DNA from: Verrucomicrobiota bacterium
Lineage (GTDB): Bacteria; Verrucomicrobiota; Verrucomicrobiia; Limisphaerales; JADLHS01
Length of the DNA stretch: 64,000 nt
Reading direction: 5' to 3'
Assembly (NCBI GenBank): GCA_039806955.1
Contig: JBDHQI010000009.1
Location: 65,517-129,516 of the forward strand
Part shown: positions 1 through 6,542 of the stretch, piece by piece
Layout of the letters: each line of letters begins with the position of its first letter
Position numbering within the stretch: position 1 is the stretch's first letter
The notes under the pieces: model-generated
Told to the model about the DNA's origin: nothing
Database searches by the model: none
What the model saw: only the letters and a program-made list of their open reading frames with translations
Position numbers and translations under genes: made by a program

Positions 1-333
1 CAACTCGTCCACGACGGCCACGTCTATGTGCTGGAGACGCCGTTGTTCCGCGTGCGCAACAAGCAGGAAACGATTTATTGTTACAGCGAAGCCGAGCGCG
101 ACAAAGCCGTGACCGAACTCGGTGGCAAGCCTGAGATCACGCGCTTCAAAGGCTTGGGCGAAATCAGCCCGAAAGAATTCGCGCAATTCATCGGCAAGGA
201 GATGCGGTTGAGCAAAGTGGAATATGCCCCGCGCGCCGAGTCCTCGCCGATCTTGACCTTCTACATGGGCAAGAACACGCCAGAGCGCAAGGATTACATC
301 ATGGATAAATTGGTAGTCCCAGTGGAAGAATGA
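1..333 (+). CDS. Type IIA DNA topoisomerase subunit B (ParE/GyrB family), C-terminal ~110 aa; the 5' part lies outside the window
   Basis: Frame 1 is open from base 1 (QLVHDGHVYVLETPLFRV...). RFKGLGEISPKEF matches the conserved KGLGEM box near the C-terminus of GyrB/ParE. Ends ...FYMGKNTPERKDYIMDKLVVPVEE, stop at 331..333. Confidence 0.8.
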   Translation, partial: QLVHDGHVYVLETPLFRVRNKQETIYCYSEAERDKAVTELGGKPEITRFKGLGEISPKEFAQFIGKEMRLSKVEYAPRAESSPILTFYMGKNTPERKDYIMDKLVVPVEE

Positions 334-386
334 ACGTGAATTGAATCACAACGGCCTGTCCACCATAGCTTCAGCGAAGGTGGAAG

Positions 387-434
387 CGCAAAGACTACAT
401 CATGGACAAGCTCGTCGTGCCGGTGGAGGAGTGA
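387..434 (+). pseudogene. Displaced copy B of the topoisomerase-B 3' end (15 codons plus stop), no gene body
   Basis: cgc aaa gac tac atc atg gac aag ctc gtc gtg ccg gtg gag gag tga = RKDYIMDKLVVPVEE*. Protein-identical to 286..333 but different at 11 synonymous positions. In-frame TAG at 366 just upstream. Confidence 0.75.
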
Positions 435-491
435 TGTATCGTCGCCCTTTCCGGGCACCAAAATCTGCGCAGCAATTGGCAAGAACGGGTA

Positions 492-2483
492 TTGTCAAAG
501 TCACGCTGCTTTGGTGAAATGGAGACCGTTCGGGAAGAATTATGTAACCAAACAAACCATCACAGATTTGCGGCTTCGGCTGCTGTTCATACGTTCGGTA
601 TCGAAGGGCTCAAGTTGCGTATCCACTGTCCCGACGTTGTTCTGTCGTGGCCAAGCGTGGAAGACGAAACTTATATGGTTCAATATCGCGAGACCTTGGA
701 CACGAACTCGGTGTGGATTTGGCTGACGAATTCGCTGCCCGCTGAAGTCGGCACAAATCTGACGATATTCATCCACTCCAATCGCGTTGATTGTCCAACC
801 GGTCAAATCTTCGGGATGATGTTCAATGGCGGTGGTGGTGGCGCTGGCGAATCGGAGACTGAAGATGCGCAAGAGAGCGAAAAGCCAACGGTGCCGATGG
901 TGGCATCCAAGGATACATCGCGACCGCCGGTGCCGCTGGGAATCTATCCGCCGGGAATTGATCTCACGGGTTACACCATTATTTGGCCGGACGGCTCGAC
1001 GGATGAGTGGAGCAAAGAACTAGTGGAAAAGTGGCGGGCTAGCCAGCAGGAGGAATCAAACGGGCCGGAACCAGAAGACGCAGGCGGTGGACCGGGGTGC
1101 GGATTCTATCGAGTGGTGCGAACAGGATTGCATCTATTCGGCGTTACCAATGGCACTGTTCTGAGTGGCGAGGTTACTCTTCCCGTCGAAATCGGCTTCG
1201 ATGACGGGATTGAATTCGACGGTTTCTTCGTGATGGTGGGCGACACCAATCAGACCGTCCCGGCCAACGGCCTCGAATTCCAGGAAGTGACGAACGGATT
1301 GCCAAGATTCGTTTTGTGGGACACTCGCCAAGTTACAAATGGGAGTTATCAAGTATTCCTCGGTGCGCAGTGGGGAGAGACTCAAATCTACGAGTCGCCT
1401 CCGGTGACTGTCATTGTCTCAAATGCCATCTGGCTCCCGGATTCGTGGAACGTCGCGGGCTATTACATCAACGTCGAGGCTCAAAGCATATACACGAACG
1501 GAACCTACGATGTGGAGATTTTTGATGACACTGGATTCCAAATCCTTCAGGTGAGCGGCACCAACGACAGTGAAGGTTTTATTACTTATGGAGGAGCCCG
1601 TGGTTTTGGGGTGGAAAACTTCGATCAGAATGGCGAAATCTATCCGAGCGTGTCTTATGCGGTGGTGGTGACTGCGGCTGCTGCTGGTGGCGGTTCATCA
1701 GCCACGACGACGAACATCATCTGGACTGAATTCAAATGGCCGACTCAAGGCGTCGGCTGGACTAAGTTTGCCATCGGCTACCAGCCGATTTTCGGTAATC
1801 CAGCTCTCGGAAGTCCGAATGCGGTCGCGCTTCAGTCGATGATCCAACTGGTTTACGCGTCAGCGCAGGCCCGCCCCGGCTTTCCCGAAGGCCAGCGCGT
1901 CATCCGTGGTCACGATCAAAATCCCAATGAGCTATGGAGCCAGGGCGACTTCACGCAACTCCTCGTCCCGGACTTGAGAGACGACCAGGTCCGCAACCTT
2001 TATTATTTCGGGCATGGCGCAACGAAACATATCGGTGAAAAGGGAGTGCCACGGTTCCTGAGCATTGACGATTTCAACTTTGTACTGCGAAACAACTTCA
2101 AAGACCCGCTCGCAGGGACCAACGCACATCCATTCCGCTTCGTCTGGCTGGACGGATGTTATACGGCGAAAGGAAATCTGTGCAAGGCGTTCGGCATTCC
2201 GAAAGAACAGAATGTTTCCTCGAATCGGTTCGACGCCCGGGGGCTGCGCTACCGGACCTTTATGGGTTGGACTGGGGGACATCTAATTGCAGTTGGCGCT
2301 TTCAACACTTCACACGCCACGTTTGTCGGTGACTTCTGGGACCGCTGGCCAATGAATAACACCAATGGACGACCGAATTCGGTGCGGGAAGCTCACGCTT
2401 ACGCTGGAAGAAACTGGGAGACGTCTGAAAAACTGCGCGTCTATGGTTATGAAGGCCTCAGGTGGCAGGATACGTTGCCGTGA
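492..2483 (+). CDS. Hypothetical multi-domain protein: beta-sandwich (FN3/Ig-like) repeats plus a C-terminal caspase/gingipain-like His..Cys motif (putative cysteine peptidase fold)
   Basis: 663-aa ORF (TTG at 492; first ATG at 519). VVLSWP...GFYRV-type beta-sandwich signature, acidic/Gly linkers. C-terminal NLYYFGHGATKH followed ~45 aa later by HPFRFVWLDGCYTAKG, resembling the HG ... hydrophobic strand-C dyad of clan CD peptidases. No signal peptide seen. Visibly more A/T-rich than neighbouring genes. Confidence 0.6.
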   Translation: MSKSRCFGEMETVREELCNQTNHHRFAASAAVHTFGIEGLKLRIHCPDVVLSWPSVEDETYMVQYRETLDTNSVWIWLTNSLPAEVGTNLTIFIHSNRVDCPTGQIFGMMFNGGGGGAGESETEDAQESEKPTVPMVASKDTSRPPVPLGIYPPGIDLTGYTIIWPDGSTDEWSKELVEKWRASQQEESNGPEPEDAGGGPGCGFYRVVRTGLHLFGVTNGTVLSGEVTLPVEIGFDDGIEFDGFFVMVGDTNQTVPANGLEFQEVTNGLPRFVLWDTRQVTNGSYQVFLGAQWGETQIYESPPVTVIVSNAIWLPDSWNVAGYYINVEAQSIYTNGTYDVEIFDDTGFQILQVSGTNDSEGFITYGGARGFGVENFDQNGEIYPSVSYAVVVTAAAAGGGSSATTTNIIWTEFKWPTQGVGWTKFAIGYQPIFGNPALGSPNAVALQSMIQLVYASAQARPGFPEGQRVIRGHDQNPNELWSQGDFTQLLVPDLRDDQVRNLYYFGHGATKHIGEKGVPRFLSIDDFNFVLRNNFKDPLAGTNAHPFRFVWLDGCYTAKGNLCKAFGIPKEQNVSSNRFDARGLRYRTFMGWTGGHLIAVGAFNTSHATFVGDFWDRWPMNNTNGRPNSVREAHAYAGRNWETSEKLRVYGYEGLRWQDTLP

Positions 2484-2484
2484 T

Positions 2485-4029
2485 ATGAAGCCAGTCCTCT
2501 GCCTAGCCTCGCTCCTGATCACCCAGTCGCTGCCGGCGGACACAAATGCTCCTGTCACGCCGCAGGTTGCTTCAGGCGAGCACCGACAAGCGTTGTTGAG
2601 CTACATTCCCGATGAGCCATTTGCCAGATCACGTTTCGCGGCGCGCCAGGGCTACGTGCCCACCAACACGCTGGCGTTTCGCGAATACGCGTTGGAGTTG
2701 ATGCTGGCCCAAGCAAACAAGCTGAATCATAGCTTTGGACTTGGTCTGCCGACGCCGCTAACGACGGATCATGTGAGCGGGGCGGGTGCCGTGCCGAAGA
2801 TCGGGGGCATCAAAGGCGCCATCACCATCAGCAATCGCTTTAGCCTGAATTTTGAGGATGGAAAATTGGAGGCATTCTGTGACCGCCTCTACTGGTCCGC
2901 AGCGTGGATGCACGATCTGCGCCCACCCGCTATCCCCTCCCTGACCACTAACGGCCAGATGAGGATTCCACTAACGATTGAGGATACGTATAAACGCGCT
3001 TTTGAAGGGCAGGATGCCCGAAACAAAGCGTATCACCAGAAAATGCTACAACTCGCCAAAATGACCAATTTGCTGACCAGAGATGATGCACTGCGTGTCG
3101 CTCAAGAAGCCTTCCACAAGCTGGGCTTTAGCGAAAAGCAGCTGCGGCTGCGCGAGCATCCGGAAGTCAATCAGTTCACATATTCGCCCGAGGGTCAGAA
3201 CATCACCTATCCGCTGCCACTCTATCACGTCGCTTGGCGGCACGCGGAGAGAGACGGCTTTGAGCCCGTTCGGATGGAGGTTTCCGGCATAACCAAAACC
3301 ATTGTGGATTACTTCAATGTGGCGAGCGCTTCGGTTGTGGTCCCAGTGCCGACGAACTATTTTGAAATGCTCGGCGTCCCGCCGGAGCCGCGGCTGTGGG
3401 GCAAACAATATGGGTATGACCCGATCAATACTGAAGCCTTTCAAACGTTCGCACGCGATGTCCTTGTGGAAAAAGCCAACTGGTTGAATGAGACGTGGAA
3501 GCTCGGTATTGCCGGAACAATAACATCAAATCATGTCGAGCGGTTCCAAGCCATCCCGCATACAAATACCTTTCTGGCGTCAGGGCAAATTGCGAGCCGA
3601 TTCCAGTTCCAGGTTGGCGATGGCATGATTCAGATATTCAAGGATGACAAACATGCCTCGGATGCGTTCACGGGCCACAAGGAGAAGATGATGGCGCTGC
3701 TGAAGCAGAAGAACCAATTGACCAAATCTAGTGCTCTCGCTTTGGCTCGTAAGGCTCTGGCTCAAATCGGCCTTGACGAGAAAATGCTCCGCCTGCCGAA
3801 ACCGCAGGTGAGCCAGGTGCGGGAACCGTTTCCCGGTGAGGAAAAACTGCGCGACATCCCATTTTTTTACATTGCATGGAAGTGGACCAACAACGAGGAA
3901 GAGTATCCAATTATGGCGATGGAGCTGTCTGGGATCACCGAGAAGGTGACTTTTTTTGCGAACTCATGCACGAACACTCCGCGGTTCGCGCTGCCGTCGA
4001 ATTATCACGCGATTCTTGGGTTGAAATAG
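2485..4029 (+). CDS. Secreted hypothetical protein with a two-fold internal duplication (each half ends in a PepSY-like helix plus sheet module)
   Basis: ATG at 2485 lies 1 nt after the upstream stop (2481..2483). N-terminus MKPVLCLASLLITQSLPADT looks like a signal peptide. The two halves share NT.AF..A...L..AN.LN, LT(R/K)..AL..A..A....G..EK.LRL, Y/F..(V/I)AW(R/K) and (M/L)E(V/L)SGIT(K/E). Confidence 0.6.
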   Translation: MKPVLCLASLLITQSLPADTNAPVTPQVASGEHRQALLSYIPDEPFARSRFAARQGYVPTNTLAFREYALELMLAQANKLNHSFGLGLPTPLTTDHVSGAGAVPKIGGIKGAITISNRFSLNFEDGKLEAFCDRLYWSAAWMHDLRPPAIPSLTTNGQMRIPLTIEDTYKRAFEGQDARNKAYHQKMLQLAKMTNLLTRDDALRVAQEAFHKLGFSEKQLRLREHPEVNQFTYSPEGQNITYPLPLYHVAWRHAERDGFEPVRMEVSGITKTIVDYFNVASASVVVPVPTNYFEMLGVPPEPRLWGKQYGYDPINTEAFQTFARDVLVEKANWLNETWKLGIAGTITSNHVERFQAIPHTNTFLASGQIASRFQFQVGDGMIQIFKDDKHASDAFTGHKEKMMALLKQKNQLTKSSALALARKALAQIGLDEKMLRLPKPQVSQVREPFPGEEKLRDIPFFYIAWKWTNNEEEYPIMAMELSGITEKVTFFANSCTNTPRFALPSNYHAILGLK

Positions 4030-4092
4030 CTCGGCCCGCACACGTTGTCCGCGTGACGCTCGCCTGCAAGCTGGACTCACGAACCGGTTCTT

Positions 4093-4118
4093 AATCGAAC
4101 GTCGTGGCGCGTTCGATT
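4093..4118 (+). terminator. Possible terminator hairpin downstream of the two-gene module
   Basis: Perfect 9-bp inverted repeat aatcgaacg / cgttcgatt with an 8-nt loop, followed by gggagttttgcc (weak T tract). Confidence 0.3.
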
Positions 4119-4160
4119 GGGAGTTTTGCCAGAGCGGAAATCGTTTTCCCAAAAGCATGA

Positions 4161-4573
4161 GCAGTTTTCGCCGAGACCATTGTTGCGAAGGTGAAGGACA
4201 CGCAGGAGTTGCGAAAGGAATTGCAGAACGTGAAGAAGCTCGCGCGCGAACGCGCCAAGGCGATCACGTTGCGCATCCCGCAGTTGAAGGACTGCAAGAA
4301 TCATTTCGACAAGAAGAAGGAAAAGGGCAAGGGCACGATGGTCTTCATCTGCGAAGGCCAATCCGCCGCCGGTTCGATCACGAGTTGCCGCGACGTGAAC
4401 AATCAGGCCGTGTTCGTGCTCAAGGGCAAGCCGCTCAACGTCTGGGACCTCATCCGTCTTGATTAACACGACATCGAGGAATCACAAGCATTACCATGGG
4501 AAACACCATGGGCAAGAAAACGCCTGAACGAAAAGAATACATCATGGACAAGCTCGTCTCGCCGTTGGAGTGA
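4161..4573 (+). pseudogene. Topoisomerase-B pseudogene: an internal (linker plus TOPRIM) fragment fused out of frame to tail copy C
   Basis: 4161..4466 translates to ...KELQNVKKLARERAKAITLRIPQLKDCKNH...MVFICEGQSAAGSITSCRDVNNQAVFVLKGKPLNVWDL*, the ...L.DC...EG(D)SA(G)GS...GK.LNV TOPRIM block of GyrB/ParE. The roughly 200 aa expected after it are missing. 4496..4573, in another frame, reads MGNTMGKKTPERKEYIMDKLVSPLE*. Confidence 0.7.
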
Positions 4574-4592
4574 GCGAGAGCAAACAAACCTT

Positions 4593-4620
4593 TTGCGCCG
4601 TCAACCGGACAGGCTAGAAT
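4593..4620 (+). promoter_or_regulatory. Possible sigma-70-type promoter for hicBA
   Basis: TTGCGC (4593..4598), 16-nt spacer, TAGAAT (4615..4620), then GAGG just before the ATG at 4627. Confidence 0.35.
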
Positions 4621-4626
4621 GAGGCC

Positions 4627-4845
4627 ATGAAGAAGCTGACAGCCATCTTGCATCGCGGCGAACCGAGTGAAGGCGGGTTTTGGGCGACCTGCTTGGAAGT
4701 GCCCGGCGCAAATGGTCAAGGCGAGACCAAGGAAGAATGTCTGGCCGACCTCAAAAACGCTGTTCAACTCCTGCTTGAAACCGAGCGCGAAGAGGTATTT
4801 CGTCTCGATCCCAGCGCGGAAACGGCCGAGTTGGAAGTGGCATGA
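4627..4845 (+). CDS. hicB: HicB-family antitoxin (short form, UPF0150/RNase H-like fold only)
   Basis: 72 aa. ...GGFWATCLEVPGANGQGETKEECLADLKNAVQLLLE is typical of the HicB N-domain. Overlaps hicA by 4 nt (ATGA). Confidence 0.75.
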   Translation: MKKLTAILHRGEPSEGGFWATCLEVPGANGQGETKEECLADLKNAVQLLLETEREEVFRLDPSAETAELEVA

Positions 4846-5036
4846 AACGCCGGGCATTGCTCGGCCACCTGCAGGAATACGGTTGTGTGCCGCACCGCGA
4901 AGGCGGCAGTCATTCGATCTGGATCAATCCTCAGACCGGACGTAAAGAAGCCATCCCCCGCCACAGCGAAATCAAGAGGTTTCTGGCCCGCTCCATCTGC
5001 CGGAATCTTTCTGTACCTATTCCTCCGGGCAATTGA
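4842..5036 (+). CDS. hicA: HicA-family mRNA interferase toxin
   Basis: 64 aa. KRRALLGHLQEYGCVPHREGGSHSIWINPQTGRKEAIPRHSEI matches the HicA pattern (GGSH, P.H.EI). Confidence 0.8.
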   Translation: MKRRALLGHLQEYGCVPHREGGSHSIWINPQTGRKEAIPRHSEIKRFLARSICRNLSVPIPPGN

Positions 5037-5046
5037 TCCTCAAACA

Positions 5047-5112
5047 GGCAAGCAGACGCCGGAGCGCAGGGGCTACATTATAGACCAGCTCGTTGTGGCG
5101 GTGGAGGAGTAA
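5047..5112 (+). pseudogene. Displaced copy D of the topoisomerase-B 3' end
   Basis: ggc aag cag acg ccg gag cgc agg ggc tac att ata gac cag ctc gtt gtg gcg gtg gag gag taa = GKQTPERRGYIIDQLVVAVEE*. It has no topoisomerase-B gene body in front and begins 10 nt after the hicA stop. Confidence 0.7.
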
Positions 5113-5198
5113 TCAAGCGGGAACAGCCTCGCGCATGGACACTGATGGACGGGTGCGAGGCCGCCTTTGCGTCCTTTGTGCCTTTTTGCGGCAGTCCA

Positions 5199-5439
5199 TC
5201 AAAGCTCCCGTTCTGCTTTGCGGTTTTTCATCATCGCCTTCAACACGCCCTTGCCCTTGAGCGAGCCGCGCAACCGACGAATGAATTTGGTGGTGACGGG
5301 TTTGAGGAGGATACCTTCCGGCGTGGCTTCCACGTAGGCGCGCGTGCCCTCCTCAATCTCAAATTCCTTTCGCAATCGCCGGGGAATGACCGCCTGTGGC
5401 CTTGGATCGAGAAGTAAACCGATTCCGTTTTGTTGCCAT
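5199..5439 (-). pseudogene. AbrB/MazE/SpoVT-family antitoxin-like gene, apparently frameshifted near its 5' end
   Basis: The reverse strand reads ...LLLDPRPQAVIPRRLRKEFEIEEGTRAYVEATPEGILLKPVTTKFIRRLRGSLKGKGVLKAMMKNRKAEREL* (looped-hinge-helix pattern). The only upstream ATG (5439) is in a different frame (MATKRNRFT...). The span is 241 nt, not a multiple of 3. No partner toxin gene. Confidence 0.45.
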
Positions 5440-5599
5440 ATTCAGAATATGAACCCTGATTGATATAAGAAAATAAGTTAAAAATCGTTTTGCGAGGAAT
5501 TACTTGCCGGGCTTCGATCGCTCCACTTGAAACGGTGGGTTATACGGAGGTGAACGGTCCAGGCTGGCATGAGTTCCGCCCTTCTGCTAGGGTGCGCGC

Positions 5600-6517
5600 A
5601 TGAAGATTCGTCGGATATTGCGCTGGTTCTTTTTGACGCTGCTTGGCCTAGTCGGGTTGCTCGGCGTGATCGTGGGTTCCGTTTGGTGGTATTTCCATCC
5701 ATCTGTCGAACGCACGGATGGAATCGTGTATGGCTGGCGCGGAAAACGGGAGCTGGCGTTAGACGTCATCAAACCGCACCGGGCGAATGGCCTCGGCGTC
5801 TTGGTGATGGTCAGCGGTGGTTGGAAATCAAAGGCCCCCGGCGAACTCAGCACCTGGATGGCGGCGGCCCTGTTGCGTCGGGGTTACACGGTGATTCCGG
5901 TCTATCATGTTTCACAACCCGAGGCGAGCATCATGGAGATTATCACGGATGTGAACCGCGCCGTGCGCTTCGTCCGTTATCACGCTCGTGAATACGGCAT
6001 CGAACCGCAACGACTCGGCATCACGGGCGGCAGCGCCGGAGGTCACCTGAGTTTGATGCTGGCAACGCGGGGCGGGCCGGGGCCAACAGATGCGAGTGAT
6101 CCAGTGGATCGCGAAAGCAGCGCGGTGCAATCAGTGGCGATCTTTTTTCCCGTGACGGATTTGTTGAACCTCGGCAAGTCCACGGAAAACCTGGGCGACG
6201 GCGGTCCTCCCAAAAGCTTCCGGCGCGCGTTTGGTCCGGAGGGAACAAACCTGCCAGTCTGGCAGGTGATTGGCCGCGATTGCTCGCCGATTTATCACGT
6301 GACAACGAATCTGCCGCCCATCCTCATCTATCATGGCGATGCCGATACGCTGACACCGCTCGAACAATCCGAATGGTTTATCGCGAAAACAGAGGCAGTT
6401 GGTCATCCCGCCAAACTGGTCGTGCATCACGGTGGCCGTCATGGTTGGCCCAGCATGATTTTTGATCTTCGCCGTTTCGCCGATTGGTTTGATCAAACGC
6501 TGCGGAACCCAAAGTGA
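5600..6517 (+). CDS. Alpha/beta hydrolase (esterase/lipase-like)
   Basis: 305 aa with an N-terminal TM/signal segment. GITGGSAGGHL nucleophile elbow (GxSxG). A late HGDADTLTP and H..GRHGW are consistent with an Asp/His triad. Confidence 0.7.
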   Translation: MKIRRILRWFFLTLLGLVGLLGVIVGSVWWYFHPSVERTDGIVYGWRGKRELALDVIKPHRANGLGVLVMVSGGWKSKAPGELSTWMAAALLRRGYTVIPVYHVSQPEASIMEIITDVNRAVRFVRYHAREYGIEPQRLGITGGSAGGHLSLMLATRGGPGPTDASDPVDRESSAVQSVAIFFPVTDLLNLGKSTENLGDGGPPKSFRRAFGPEGTNLPVWQVIGRDCSPIYHVTTNLPPILIYHGDADTLTPLEQSEWFIAKTEAVGHPAKLVVHHGGRHGWPSMIFDLRRFADWFDQTLRNPK

Positions 6518-6542
6518 AGTAGCCGGGCGACAGTGTGACCCG

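Larger units (their letters stand above)
334..5439. mobile_element. Composite accessory region / integration hotspot at the 3' end of the topoisomerase-B gene (remnants of several insertions; no recombinase present)
   Basis: Bounded and subdivided by tail copies A-D. Cargo consists of orphan genes, a TA pair and pseudogene fragments. Composition is visibly more A/T-rich than the flanking chromosome. Confidence 0.45.

Noticed and set aside
432-519. Tail copy B and the 663-aa ORF are in the same frame, separated by a single TGA (432..434); possible read-through fusion.
   Set aside because: There is a one-in-three chance of sharing a frame. Copy B has no gene body or start upstream (in-frame TAG at 366), so a functional fusion is implausible.
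2365-2484. N-terminal extension of the second hotspot ORF (track start 2365), overlapping the first ORF by 119 nt.
   Set aside because: The extension is Arg/Cys-rich junk in the alternate frame of the upstream gene. The ATG at 2485, followed by a signal peptide and placed 1 nt after the upstream stop, is the sensible start.
4077-4469. Minus-strand 130-aa ORF and plus-strand ORF 4157..4462 overlapping the TOPRIM fragment.
   Set aside because: Only the 4161..4466 frame gives recognisable GyrB/ParE motifs. The others are compositionally junk.
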